NCBI GenBank assembly: GCA_021845905.1
Contig: JAJZVA010000005.1
Span: 36,861-100,860, forward strand
Source of the DNA: Pseudomonadota bacterium
GTDB taxonomy: Bacteria > Pseudomonadota > Alphaproteobacteria > Micavibrionales > UBA2020
Reading direction: 5' to 3'
Length of the DNA stretch: 64,000 nt
Shown here: positions 28,840 to 40,611 of the stretch, piece by piece
How positions within the stretch are numbered: position 1 is the stretch's first letter
How the letters are laid out: every line of letters starts with the position of its first letter
Notes under the pieces: model-generated
What the model saw: only the letters and a program-made list of their open reading frames with translations
Databases searched by the model: none
Told to the model about the DNA's origin: nothing
Translations under genes and position numbers: made by a program

Positions 28840-28933
28840 CAGGCGTTGCAATAAACGCGCGCACCGGGGCCGGCGCATAAACGGATTTTGAAGACACGTC
28901 CTGACCGGAAAATTCAAGGCGGGATGACTGAGG

Positions 28934-29578
28934 TCAGCCGCGGTTCTCTTCGTGGCGCTTGCGCAAGGATGAGATCAGCCCTTCGAGACCGCCTTCATTC
29001 TGGATGACGGACATGAAGTCCGAGCGCTGGGTAAAGCTCATGCTGACGCCCGCGACGATCACGTCGACGATGCGCAGGCCGCCGTCTTCCTTGCGCACGC
29101 GCCATTGCAATTCGATAGGCCCGGCGGTTTTTTGCAGAACCTTGCTGTCGACGATATAGTCGGTGTCGCCGGAGGGGCGCGCGCCGTAGACCTTGAGCGT
29201 TTGCCCGGAGTAAGCCTCGAACCGGCTGGTGTAGGTTTCAACGATCAGGTCTTCGAAATATTTCATGTATTCCTTGCGCTGGGCGCCGGTCGCCTGCCGC
29301 CAGTAAGGGCCGATAGCGAACCGGCCTATGGCCTTGACGTCGAAATTGTCCTCAAGGATTTTGCGCACGCGCTCTTCGCGGGTCTTGCGCGGGAGGTGCT
29401 TGTCGGTCAGCGACATCAGCGCCGTGTCGCCGAGGCGCTGGACGAATTCCGCCGCCGGAGGCAGCGTTTTCGCCGCCACGGGCGCGGTGAACGAGAGAAA
29501 AGCCGTGCAAAAAGAAACGGCGAAAAACGCAAGGGAGCGGGAACCGTCGGGGCGGAGACCGGAAAGCATTTTCATCAC
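28934..29578 (-). CDS. mlaC: MlaC/Ttg2D-family periplasmic phospholipid-binding protein
   Basis: Signal peptide (SLAFFAVSFCTAFLSFTAPVAA), then ...FDVKAIGRFAIGPYWRQATGAQRKEYMKYFEDLIVETY...LRIVDVIVAGVSMSFTQRSDF. Confidence 0.8.
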   Translation of the reverse strand: MMKMLSGLRPDGSRSLAFFAVSFCTAFLSFTAPVAAKTLPPAAEFVQRLGDTALMSLTDKHLPRKTREERVRKILEDNFDVKAIGRFAIGPYWRQATGAQRKEYMKYFEDLIVETYTSRFEAYSGQTLKVYGARPSGDTDYIVDSKVLQKTAGPIELQWRVRKEDGGLRIVDVIVAGVSMSFTQRSDFMSVIQNEGGLEGLISSLRKRHEENRG

Positions 29579-29616
29579 GTTTTTCTTCCTTCGCGTTTGC
29601 CGTGGAGGTTATTTCA

Positions 29617-30393
29617 TCAGGGGTGATCACTGCCGAGCCCTTGCGGCGCGGCGCCCGCGGCCTGGGGGTCGTTGGCGCGGATAAGGGCGTTGCGGTGCTG
29701 GATGTAGGCGCTGCGCGCGGCGGCGTAGTAATCCAGGCTGTTCTTGCGCATGTCGTCGATCGGCTTGATCAGGCGCGAACGCGTATCCAGTCCTTGCAGG
29801 GCTTCGCGCGCGTAATAGAGCCCTTCACGCCCGGTATTGGTGGTCCAGAGGCGGAACGGATCGGCATAGCCGTCGACGAACGTGCCTGTCGCGTCGCGCA
29901 GGGTCGAGGGGCCGAGAACGGGCAGGACGAGGTAGCAACCGTTGCCGACGCCCCAGGACGCCAGCGTCTGGCCGAAATCCTCGTCGCGGTAGTGCATGCC
30001 TTTTTTGGTGGCGACGTCGATGAGGCCGGCGATGCCGACGGTGCTGTTGATGACGAAGCGGGCGGTCGCCACGCCGGCGTTTTTGATCCGTCCTTGCAGG
30101 AGGTCGTTGGCGACGTCGACCGGAGATTGCAGGTTGCGCATGAAGTTACGAATGGCGTCGCGCACGAAGCGCGGCAGGAGGGCGTTATAGCCCTTGGCGA
30201 CGGGTTCGATCAGTGCCTCGTCGAGGACGTTGTTGAAGCCGAAAACCGCCCTGTTGACCGGTTCCAGAGGGTCGGCAATCTGTTGCGACTGATAGGTCGC
30301 CGTGACGGGCGGTGTTTTGGCGCAACCGCTCACGCCGATGACGAGCGAGAACATCAGGGCAACGGAAAAGGTTTTGGCTATGTTTTGACGCAT
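29617..30393 (-). CDS. mlaA: MlaA/VacJ-family outer-membrane lipoprotein
   Basis: MRQNIAKTFSVALMFSLVIGVSGC (lipobox VSGC), then DPLEPVNRAVFGFNNVLDEALIEPVAKGY...NSTVGIAGLIDVA...DFGQTLASWGV. The track start 30456 adds 21 non-conserved residues. Confidence 0.85.
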   Translation of the reverse strand: MRQNIAKTFSVALMFSLVIGVSGCAKTPPVTATYQSQQIADPLEPVNRAVFGFNNVLDEALIEPVAKGYNALLPRFVRDAIRNFMRNLQSPVDVANDLLQGRIKNAGVATARFVINSTVGIAGLIDVATKKGMHYRDEDFGQTLASWGVGNGCYLVLPVLGPSTLRDATGTFVDGYADPFRLWTTNTGREGLYYAREALQGLDTRSRLIKPIDDMRKNSLDYYAAARSAYIQHRNALIRANDPQAAGAAPQGLGSDHP

Positions 30394-30513
30394 GATCTGC
30401 TGACATCCGTATCTTGGTAACACACTGTTATACTGTAACTCTTTAAAATTACGCAATCGTTAATTATTTGGGTTCAACGCGGCTCTATTTTGCTTTTCGG
30501 AGTCAGGCGCTCT

Positions 30514-31671
30514 CTAGCCGTCTTCAAGATGGAGCAGTGCGGTGGTGCCGATCAGCAGGCCGACCAGCGCGGGCGTCCAGGCGGCGAGACCGGGAGGGAT
30601 CTTTTGCGAGATGCCAAAGGCTTGCAGCATGGACTGGAAGAAAAAGACGAGAAATCCGGTGGCAATGCCGAAAAAGACCATGCGGGCCACGCCGCCCGAG
30701 CGGTGCGGACGGAGCGAGAACGCGGCGGAAAGCAGGATCATGGCGGCGAACAGAAACGGCTGAGCGAGGAGCATTTGGAAATGTATGTAAAGATGGGTGG
30801 CGGGAAAGCCTGTATCTTCCATAACATTCAGGTACTCTGGAATATTCCAGAAGGATATGGTTTCAGGATCGGCGAATGATTCTTCGATCTTCCGCGCGGT
30901 GAGGTTGGTGGGGATTTGCCAGCTTGCCGCGCGCCGCGCGCCGCTCTGGTCGTTGATGACCGGGTTGCGGATCTCCCAATAGCCGTGGCGCAGGTAGGCG
31001 ACCGGGCTGTCCATCCGGCTCAGAAAATTGTCCGCGCCGTCGAAAAAGAGGATCAGGACGTTGTTCAACTGCCAGTTTTTCTTGTTGAACGTGACGGAGT
31101 GGATCAGCGCGTAGCCGTCTTCGTCGCCTGATTTCACGCCTTGCGCCGATGCGACGGATGGATTTATTCCCGCAGCGCCGGGTTTGGTGGGCTGGCGGAG
31201 CCAGATGCCGGTTTTCGAGACGGTGACGAGGTCGCGGTTGGGCTGGAAGTAAGAGGTGTTGAGTTCGTTCGATTTGGCGAGGAACACCGCGGAGAGCGGA
31301 TTGAGCACGGTGGTGGCGAGAACGCCGATCGCCACGGCGCACAGCAGCATCGGGCTGAGGAACTGCCACGCCGAAAGCCCGAAAGAGCGGATGACGACGA
31401 GCTCGCTGGTCTTGTTGAGCCGCCAGCAGGTATAGATCGAGGAAAAGAGGATGCCGATCGAAAGGATGCTTTGCGCGAGATACGGCAGTTTCATCAGCGA
31501 GATGGAAAGGATGGTGCCGAGCGGAATATGCACCTGGCTCCCTGCGCGGCGCAGGGTTTCCACGACGTCGAACATGAACATGATGCCGAGCAGGATCGCC
31601 ATGATGGCGATGAAATTGAGCAGGAACTGCCGGCTGATGTAGCGGAACAGGGTCGAGGTGCTTCCCATCAT
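30514..31671 (-). CDS. lptG: LPS export ABC transporter permease LptG
   Basis: 385 aa: TLFRYISRQFLLNFIAIMAILLGIMFMFDVVETLRRA. YjgP/YjgQ topology. Its ATG overlaps the lptF stop (ATGA). Confidence 0.9.
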   Translation of the reverse strand: MMGSTSTLFRYISRQFLLNFIAIMAILLGIMFMFDVVETLRRAGSQVHIPLGTILSISLMKLPYLAQSILSIGILFSSIYTCWRLNKTSELVVIRSFGLSAWQFLSPMLLCAVAIGVLATTVLNPLSAVFLAKSNELNTSYFQPNRDLVTVSKTGIWLRQPTKPGAAGINPSVASAQGVKSGDEDGYALIHSVTFNKKNWQLNNVLILFFDGADNFLSRMDSPVAYLRHGYWEIRNPVINDQSGARRAASWQIPTNLTARKIEESFADPETISFWNIPEYLNVMEDTGFPATHLYIHFQMLLAQPFLFAAMILLSAAFSLRPHRSGGVARMVFFGIATGFLVFFFQSMLQAFGISQKIPPGLAAWTPALVGLLIGTTALLHLEDG

Positions 31672-32834
31672 GCGGGCGATCCTTTCGCGGCGTCGTCGCG
31701 CTGGGCGTTGCGCCGCACGCGCCAGCGGTGCAGGGCGGACATCAGCGCGTGTTCGCCTCTGGCGTGGAGAAGATAAAAGCCGGTGGCGGCGGGCAAAAGC
31801 GTCGCGCCGAGAAACAGCGGGATGACGCCAAGATGCCTTTTGGAGACGTCGGCGAGACTGAGGCTGAGCGCCTGCATCAGGATGATCAGCGCGCCGGCGG
31901 CGACGATCCGGACATGCTGGCCGCGGCGGTTGAAGGGCCCGAGCAGGAGGACGGCGAGGGCGATCATGGTGAAGTCAAGCGCGTTCCACGGCGTCATGAT
32001 CCGGCTGAAGGCCGACGCGAGAAAAGACTGCGCGTGCGCGCGGTCTTTGGGGTTGCTCATGTCGGGGTGGAGCAATTCGGGCAGGGTGCGCTCTTCCGAG
32101 TCTTTCCAGTGCGCCTGCGCCGCGCCGCCGAGCCCTTTGATCTCGATGGTGTAGCGCGAGAAATAAAGTTTGGACAGCGCACCGCTGGACGGGTCGATCT
32201 GCTGGCGCATGCCGTCGAACACGGTGATGTCGGGAATGTTGCCGTCCATCGTGATGCGGCCTTTTTTGGCGGTGATGACGGTGGGCGGCTTGTTCTTGTC
32301 GCGCGCGTCGTAGATCATCAGGCCGGTCATGTCGCCGTTGCTCAGGCGCGCGTGCAGGTAAATGGTGAGGTCGCTGCCGAACGTGTTGAAGACGCCCTCG
32401 CGCAGCAGAAAGGCTGAATATTTCGTCTGGATCATCTGGCGCATGCCGTCGACCAGCGCGAAGCTGCGCGGCGAGATCCACGTGGTGATCAGGGTCAGAA
32501 AAAGGCTGACGCCGACGGCGAGCAGAATGGCCGGACGCGCGAGGCCGTATTGGTCGACGCCGCAACTGCGCATGACGACGATTTCATTGTCCATAATGAG
32601 TCGGTTGTATGTGAAGATCACGGCAATCGCCAAAGACAAGGGCAGTATAATTTCCAGAAATTTAGGCAGGGTCAGCGCGACAAGACGGATGAACATGCCC
32701 ATGGGCGCGTCCGAGTTGGCGACAAGTTCGAGCAGCTTCAGCGATTGCGTCAGCCAGATGACGAGCGTCAGCGTGACGGCGATGAAGACCGTCGCGGCAA
32801 AGAGGTTTTTGAACAGATAGCGCGTCACTAGCAT
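31668..32834 (-). CDS. lptF: LPS export ABC transporter permease LptF
   Basis: MLVTRYLFKNLFAATVFIAVTLTLVIWLTQSLKLLELV is a typical LptF N-terminus. The track start 32873 is GTG, 13 codons upstream. Confidence 0.9.
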   Translation of the reverse strand: MLVTRYLFKNLFAATVFIAVTLTLVIWLTQSLKLLELVANSDAPMGMFIRLVALTLPKFLEIILPLSLAIAVIFTYNRLIMDNEIVVMRSCGVDQYGLARPAILLAVGVSLFLTLITTWISPRSFALVDGMRQMIQTKYSAFLLREGVFNTFGSDLTIYLHARLSNGDMTGLMIYDARDKNKPPTVITAKKGRITMDGNIPDITVFDGMRQQIDPSSGALSKLYFSRYTIEIKGLGGAAQAHWKDSEERTLPELLHPDMSNPKDRAHAQSFLASAFSRIMTPWNALDFTMIALAVLLLGPFNRRGQHVRIVAAGALIILMQALSLSLADVSKRHLGVIPLFLGATLLPAATGFYLLHARGEHALMSALHRWRVRRNAQRDDAAKGSPA

Positions 32835-32980
32835 GGTGCCCAGTTTATTAGCATCATTTGAAAAAAGAAACACCCACTAGAGCATATCCTGACGAGATGA
32901 TATGATCACGCCGGGTGAGGATGCACGCAAATCATTAATATGGAGCGATGCGTCGGGATGCAATCAAAAGGGGAAGTTCT

Positions 32981-34477
32981 ATGAAAATCTCGTTCGAGAA
33001 AAAGGCCGTCGGCAAGGCCGATGCCGTTGTGGTTTTCGCAGCCGAAGGCGGCAGGCTGACGGGTGCGGCGCAAAAGCTGGATCAAAAGTCCAAAGGCGCG
33101 CTCAAGCGGGCGATGAAGGCAGACGCTTTTACCGGAGGAAAAGGAAAATTGCTGATGGTTTCCGGTCCGGCAGGCGTGGCGTGGACGCATATCGTCGTGG
33201 CGGGACTGGGCAAGCCGGCGGATCTCGAGGCGCGCGATTTCGAGGCGATCGGCAGCAGCCTGACGCCCTTGCTCAACAGGCACAAGGTTGCCTCCGTGCA
33301 GGTCCTGCTGGATGACGAAACCTGCGACGCGCCGAAAGACGTCGCCGCGGCGCATCTCGCGCAAGGTCTGCTGCTCAACAGCTACAGGTTCGACAAATAC
33401 CTGACACGCGAGCCGAAGGAGAAAAAGCCGACGCTGAAATCCGCGACGGTCGTCTTGTCGGGCGCCGCCGCGGCGAAGAAAGATTTCGAGACCAGGCGCA
33501 AGGTGGCGGAAGCGGTGTTCTGGGCGCGCGATCTCGTTTCGGAAGCGCCGAACGTCTTGTATCCCGAAAGCTACGCGGAGATGATCAGGTGCGAACTCGG
33601 TCCTCTCGGCGTCGAGGTCAAAATCCTCGGCCGCAAGGAAACGCAAAAGCTCGGCATGGGCGCGCTGATCGCCGTCGGGCAGGGCAGCGCGCGCGAGGAA
33701 AAGCTCGTCACCATGCACTGGAAGGGCGGCGACAAGAACCGGGAGAACGTCGCCTTCGTCGGCAAGGGCGTGACGTTCGACACCGGCGGCATTTCGCTCA
33801 AGCCCGGCCCCGGCATGTGGGACATGAAATACGACATGGGCGGTTCCGCCGCCGTGGTCGGCGCCATGAAGGCGCTGGCGTCAAGAAAAGCGAAAGCCAA
33901 CGTCGTCGGCGTCGTCGCGCTGGCGGAGAACATGCCGTCCGGCACGGCCTGCCGTCCGGGCGACATCGTCACGTCGATGTCCGGGCAGACGGTGGAAATT
34001 CTCAACACCGACGCCGAAGGCCGCCTGATCCTCTGCGATGCCCTGTGGTATTGTCAGGAGACGTTCAGGCCGACGCACATCATCGATCTCGCCACGCTGA
34101 CCGGCGCGGTGGTGATCGCCCTCGGGCATGAATATGCCGCCGTCTATTCCAACGACGACAAGCTGCCGCAACACCTGATCGGCGCGGGCAAAGAGGTCGG
34201 CGAGCCTCTCTGGCACATGCCGCTCAACGACGCGTGGGACAAGGCGATGGACAGCGCCGCCGCCGACATCAAGAACATCAGCAGCGGACGCGACGCGGGC
34301 AGCGCCACGGCGGCGCACTTTTTGAAGCGCTTCATCCGGAAAGGCGTGACGTGGGCGCATCTCGACATCGCCGGCATGGCCTGGACGGAGAAAGACCGTC
34401 CTTGCGTGCCCAAAGGCGCGGTCGGCTTCGGCGTGCGTCTGCTCGACCGCTACGTCGCGGAATACTGCGAGGAATAA
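32981..34477 (+). CDS. pepA: Leucyl aminopeptidase (M17)
   Basis: MKISFEKK... with VGKGVTFDTGGISLKP, NTDAEGRLILCDAL, DLATLTGA. AGGGGA lies 7 nt upstream of ATG 32981. Divergent from lptFG, as in many proteobacteria. Confidence 0.95.
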   Translation: MKISFEKKAVGKADAVVVFAAEGGRLTGAAQKLDQKSKGALKRAMKADAFTGGKGKLLMVSGPAGVAWTHIVVAGLGKPADLEARDFEAIGSSLTPLLNRHKVASVQVLLDDETCDAPKDVAAAHLAQGLLLNSYRFDKYLTREPKEKKPTLKSATVVLSGAAAAKKDFETRRKVAEAVFWARDLVSEAPNVLYPESYAEMIRCELGPLGVEVKILGRKETQKLGMGALIAVGQGSAREEKLVTMHWKGGDKNRENVAFVGKGVTFDTGGISLKPGPGMWDMKYDMGGSAAVVGAMKALASRKAKANVVGVVALAENMPSGTACRPGDIVTSMSGQTVEILNTDAEGRLILCDALWYCQETFRPTHIIDLATLTGAVVIALGHEYAAVYSNDDKLPQHLIGAGKEVGEPLWHMPLNDAWDKAMDSAAADIKNISSGRDAGSATAAHFLKRFIRKGVTWAHLDIAGMAWTEKDRPCVPKGAVGFGVRLLDRYVAEYCEE

Positions 34478-34503
34478 AAAGCCGCCGGATATGGCGGGTA
34501 AAC

Positions 34504-34550
34504 AAAAACGGCGCGGGGAAAGATCCTCGCGCCGTTTTTGGTTTTTCGCC
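34504..34550. terminator. Bidirectional rho-independent terminator between convergent pepA and the ankyrin gene
   Basis: AAAAACGGCGCG (34504-34515) pairs perfectly with CGCGCCGTTTTT (34528-34539). The stem extends into the loop (GGGA/TCCT). It is flanked by an A-run and TTTTTGGTTTTT. Confidence 0.65.
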
Positions 34551-34559
34551 TGAAGAAGA

Positions 34560-35135
34560 TCAGGCCGCCTTCGGCGGAAAGGGCTTCAGCTTCGGTTTCT
34601 TTTTCGCGGCTTCGCGCAATTCCTGTTGCTTGTCGGCGATGACGTCGCGCCTTTTCTTTTCTGCGGCCCTGGCGTATTCTTCCGCCAGTTTCGTGCGCCT
34701 GATCTTTTCGTCCTTGATCAGCACGATGATCTGTTCCCGCGATTTGTTGGTGGCGATGCTGAGAGCCGTTTCGCCGCTCTTGTTTTTTGCGTCGAGGTCG
34801 GCGCCGTGATTGATGAGCAGCCGCGCGATGGTGTTGTAATTGTCATTGTTGTAGGTATAGGGCGAATAGGCTGAAAGCGCCTTCATGAGCGGCGTGTCGC
34901 CGTCGGCGTTTTTCATGTTGAGGTCGGCGCCCTTGTCCACCAGCAAGCGGACGATCTCGATATAGCCGAGATCCGCCGCGTGATTGAGGGCGGTGTTGCC
35001 GTCCTTGTCTTTTTCGTTGATGTCCGCTTTCTGGTCCAGCAACTGGCGCACCAGCTGCATGTTGTTCCTGATGACGGCGCTGATCAGTTCTCCCGCTGCG
35101 GGGCGGGACGTGGATGAAGTCGGAAATTGCGGCAT
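34560..35135 (-). CDS. Ankyrin-repeat protein with Lys/Arg-rich C-terminal tail
   Basis: ATG 35135 (MPQFPTS) with GGGGGAG upstream. It has 3-4 ANK repeats (DKDGNTALNHAADLGYIEIVRLLVDKGADLN; NADGDTPLMKAL; NKSGETALSIATNKSREQIIVLI), then ...KIRRTKLAEEYARAAEKKRRDVIADKQQELREAAKKKPKLKPFPPKAA. Confidence 0.8.
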   Translation of the reverse strand: MPQFPTSSTSRPAAGELISAVIRNNMQLVRQLLDQKADINEKDKDGNTALNHAADLGYIEIVRLLVDKGADLNMKNADGDTPLMKALSAYSPYTYNNDNYNTIARLLINHGADLDAKNKSGETALSIATNKSREQIIVLIKDEKIRRTKLAEEYARAAEKKRRDVIADKQQELREAAKKKPKLKPFPPKAA

Positions 35136-35424
35136 GGTTATTCTCCCCCTGAATACAACAAGCTCAATCAACACTGATTCTATATGCAAGTGGCCCGCCG
35201 CGGCAACCTTATTGCTTGGCGCGGATTGTGGCTTTGCGCCGCCGCGCGCCGTTTAATTACCGTAACTATAAAAAACAGGCCAGTTTCTATTTCATAAAAT
35301 CATCAAAGATTCCATATTTTGCGGCGGGGGCTGGACGCAGGGGCGCATTTGTGTAGGATGCATGACGCTCACCTTGCGCGTCCGTCGCGGCATTTGACCA
35401 TTATTGAACGTGGAAAGAAACATC

Positions 35425-36258
35425 ATGACGTCACCAACCTCCCTCATGCAGGGTAAACGCGGCCTCATCATGGGGGTTGCAAACGACCGGTCTATCGCCT
35501 GGGGCATCGCCGACATGGCGCACAAGCACGGGGCGGAACTCGCCTTCACCTTTCAGGGCGAGGCTTTGGAAAAACGCGTGCGCCCGCTGGCGGAGAGCAT
35601 CGGCTCCAAGATCGTCATGCCCTGCGACGTCACCGACATGCAAAGCATCGATGCGACCTTCGCCGCGGTCGAAAAAGAATGGGGCGGCCTCGATTTCGTC
35701 GTCCACGCCATCGCCTATTCGGACAAGAAAGAGCTCGACGGCATGTATCTCGACACCACGCGCGAGAATTTTCTGAAGACGATGGACATTTCCGTCTATT
35801 CCTTCACCGCCGTGGCTCAGCGCGCCGTGCCGCTAATGAAGAACGGCGGCAGCCTGATCACCATGAGCTATCACGGCGCGGAGCGCGTCATGCCGCACTA
35901 CAACGTCATGGGCGTGGCGAAGGCGGCGCTGGAAGCCAGCGTGCGCTATCTCGCCAGCGACGTCGGCAACAAGAACATCCGCGTGAATGCGATCAGCGCT
36001 GGGCCGATCAAGACGCTCGCCGCGAGCGGCATCGGCGATTTCCGCTATATCCTGAAATGGAACGAGCTTAATTCCCCCCTGCGCCGCAACGTCACCACGG
36101 CGGAAGTCGGCGGCGCGGGTTTGTTCCTGCTCAGCGATCTCGGTTCCGGCGTCACGGGAGAAGTGATGTATGTCGACAGCGGCTACAACACGATCGGCAT
36201 GGTCAACGTCGATTCCGCCAAACAGACGGCGGAGTTATTGCAGGGTATTTCGGGCTGA
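35425..36258 (+). CDS. fabI: Enoyl-ACP reductase (NADH) FabI
   Basis: [23 protein letters not shown]...[30 protein letters not shown]...[18 protein letters not shown]. The track start 35404 is TTG. Confidence 0.95.
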   Translation: MTSPTSLMQGKRGLIMGVANDRSIAWGIADMAHKHGAELAFTFQGEALEKRVRPLAESIGSKIVMPCDVTDMQSIDATFAAVEKEWGGLDFVVHAIAYSDKKELDGMYLDTTRENFLKTMDISVYSFTAVAQRAVPLMKNGGSLITMSYHGAERVMPHYNVMGVAKAALEASVRYLASDVGNKNIRVNAISAGPIKTLAASGIGDFRYILKWNELNSPLRRNVTTAEVGGAGLFLLSDLGSGVTGEVMYVDSGYNTIGMVNVDSAKQTAELLQGISG

Positions 36259-37262
36259 TGTCCTCCAACACCTTCGGCACGCTGTTCCGGTACACCACAT
36301 GGGGCGAAAGCCACGGTCCGGCGATCGGCTGCGTCGTCGACGGCGTGCCGCCGTTGCTGGAGCTCGATGAAGCCCATATTCAAAAATATCTCGACCTGCG
36401 CAAGCCCGGGCAACAGCGTAACGTCTCGCAGCGGCAGGAGGAAGACAAGGTCAAAATTCTCTCCGGCGTGTTCGAGGGCAAAACCACCGGCACGCCGGTC
36501 AGCCTGCTGATCGAGAATACCGACGCGCGTTCCAAAGACTATTCCGAGATCAAGGACAAATACCGCCCCGGCCATGCCGATTTCACCTACGACGCCAAAT
36601 ATGGCATACGCGACTACCGCGGCGGCGGCAGGTCTTCCGCGCGGGAGACGGCCAGCCGCGTCGCGGCTGGCGCCGTGGCAAGGCTGGTTATTCCCGATGT
36701 GAAAATCGAAGGCCGCGTGGTGCAAATCGGCGCTGAAACGGATCCCGCCAAATGGGAAAGCTTGCTCGATGAAACGCGCAAAAGAGGCTCCAGCGCGGGC
36801 GCGATCGTCGAGGTGGCGGCCAAAGGCGTTCCGGCGGGCCTTGGCGCGCCGGTCGCCAACAAGCTCGATGCGGACATCGCCGGCGCCATGATGGGCATCA
36901 ATGCCGTCAAGGGCGTTGAAATCGGGGCGGGTTTCGGCGCGGCGCTGCTGGCAGGCGAGGACAATGCCGACCAAATCCGTATCAAAGACGGAAAGCCCTG
37001 TTTTTCAAGCAATAACGCGGGCGGCATCCTCGGCGGCATCTCCACGGGGCAGGAAATAATCGTGCGCATGGCCTTCAAACCGACAAGCTCCATCTTGCGG
37101 GCGGTGCCGACAGTTGATAAATATGGACATGAAACTGAAATTGTAACCAAAGGACGGCACGACCCTTGCGTCGGCATCCGCGGCGTTCCCGTCGCCGAGG
37201 CGATGCTGGCGATCGTGCTGGCAGATCATTTTTTAATGCATAGAGCTCAATGCGGAGGTTAA
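36258..37262 (+). CDS. aroC: Chorismate synthase
   Basis: [27 protein letters not shown]...[30 protein letters not shown]...[21 protein letters not shown] shares one nt with the fabI TGA. Confidence 0.95.
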   Translation: MSSNTFGTLFRYTTWGESHGPAIGCVVDGVPPLLELDEAHIQKYLDLRKPGQQRNVSQRQEEDKVKILSGVFEGKTTGTPVSLLIENTDARSKDYSEIKDKYRPGHADFTYDAKYGIRDYRGGGRSSARETASRVAAGAVARLVIPDVKIEGRVVQIGAETDPAKWESLLDETRKRGSSAGAIVEVAAKGVPAGLGAPVANKLDADIAGAMMGINAVKGVEIGAGFGAALLAGEDNADQIRIKDGKPCFSSNNAGGILGGISTGQEIIVRMAFKPTSSILRAVPTVDKYGHETEIVTKGRHDPCVGIRGVPVAEAMLAIVLADHFLMHRAQCGG

Positions 37263-37265
37263 GTC

Positions 37266-39187
<1,922 letters not shown>

Positions 39188-39191
<4 letters not shown>

Positions 39192-39817
39192 TGCCCTTTT
39201 TCCTCAAAGGCGGCATGATCGGCTTTGCCATCGCGGCGCCTGTGGGGCCTATCGGCGTTTTGTGCATCCGCAGGGCTTTGATGAACGGCAGGATCTCCGG
39301 TTTCGCGACGGGCGCCGGCGCCGCCGTCGCGGACGGTTTTTACGGCGCGGTCGCGGCGTTCGGCCTCACGGCGGTGTCCGCTTTTCTTGGAAACTATTCT
39401 GCCGTTTTGCGCCTTGCCGGAGGGCTGTTCTTGCTGGGGCTCGCGGCGCAGACCTTGCGGCGCAAACCGGACATGGCGGAAGCGAAGGATGGAGAGCGAA
39501 GGATCCACGGGCTTTGGGATATCGCCGCCGATTTTTCCTCGACGGTTTTTCTCACGCTCACCAATCCCGCGACGATCCTTTCGTTCATCGCGGTGTTCGC
39601 GGGGCTCGGGCTCGGCCTGGCGAAAACGCCGCGCTTCGATGCCGTTGAAATGGTGGCAGGGGTTTTTAGCGGCTCGCTGACATGGTGGCTGATCCTGTCA
39701 TTCGGCATCGGCGCGGTGCGGCATAAGCTTGACGGGAGTACGCTGGCGCTGGTCAACAGGATATCGGCGGCGATCATCGGGGGCTTCGGCGTCGCGGCGC
39801 TGGCGAGCCTTCTTTAG
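39188..39817 (+). CDS. LysE/RhtB-family amino-acid exporter
   Basis: MMPFFLKGGMIGFAIAAPVGPIGVLCIRRAL...; six hydrophobic helices. ATG overlaps the upstream TGA. Confidence 0.85.
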
Positions 39818-39844
39818 GATCAAACGGAACGGGAGAGAAAAACG

Positions 39845-40390
39845 ATGCGCGGTTATTTCGGCATAGGGGTCGAGGGCATTTCCAAGCCGATGAACGTCGG
39901 CAATTTGTTGCGTTCGGCGCATTCTTTCGGCGCGAGCTTCTTTTTCACCGTCAACCCGACGGTTGACGTGCGCGGCATGAAGGCATCCGACACGTCCAAT
40001 GCTTTCGGCCATCTGCCGTTTTACAGCTTCGAGAAGCCCGCCGATCTTATCTTGCCGATGAAAACATCATTGGTCGCCGTGGAGTTTCTGCCCGATGCCG
40101 TGGAGCTGCCGAGCTTCCGCCATCCGCAGCAGGCGGTCTATGTGCTCGGCCCCGAGAAGGGCAACGTGTCCGACGAGATGCTCGCGCGCTGCGACTACAC
40201 GCTGAAGATCCCGATGAGGTTCTGCGTCAACGTCGGCGTTGCGGGCGCGCTGGTGATGTACGACCGGCTGATCAGTTTCGGTCGCTTCGCGGAACGCCCG
40301 GTGCATGACGGCGGGCCGGATGAGAAAGACCGGCAAAAAAATATTTTTGCGCCGCAGCATTTGAATCCCGGCCAGATCGTCAGCGCCTGA
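39845..40390 (+). CDS. SpoU/TrmH-family RNA 2'-O-methyltransferase
   Basis: MRGYFGIGVEGISKPMNVGNLLRSAHSFGASFFFTV...AVYVLGPEKGNVSDEMLARCDYTLKIPMRFCVNVGVAGALVMYD (SPOUT knot motifs). Confidence 0.8.
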   Translation: MRGYFGIGVEGISKPMNVGNLLRSAHSFGASFFFTVNPTVDVRGMKASDTSNAFGHLPFYSFEKPADLILPMKTSLVAVEFLPDAVELPSFRHPQQAVYVLGPEKGNVSDEMLARCDYTLKIPMRFCVNVGVAGALVMYDRLISFGRFAERPVHDGGPDEKDRQKNIFAPQHLNPGQIVSA

Positions 40391-40611
40391 GAGTCGCTCG
40401 GCGTTGTGCGCCGCAAAATGCCATATCCTTATTTTTCTTCGTATGAAAATTCCCGCACGGATGTAATTTTCCGTTAAATTTGCTTCGTTGCCCCCGTAAA
40501 TCCGCGCAATCGGATTGCCACGCCTGATGAAATCTGCGAGACCAAAGCGGATCCGTTATATAATATAAGGAGGACCGAGTCGTGTTAAACGTAGCCAGGA
40601 GAACAATAGGT

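Noticed and set aside
36258-37262. aroC product is about 20 residues shorter than E. coli AroC in the region after ...[10 protein letters not shown]. Possible truncation or pseudogene.
   Set aside because: The reading frame is intact and all catalytic and FMN-binding blocks are present. This is a surface-loop length difference, not a disruption.
40391-40611. 220-nt non-coding leader upstream of the Leu-dehydrogenase-like gene, with palindrome GCAATC-G-GATTGC (40506-40518). Considered as a riboswitch or attenuator.
   Set aside because: I recognised no known riboswitch core, leader peptide or terminator/antiterminator pair. It is more likely a promoter plus a transcription-factor site, and I cannot support a specific call.
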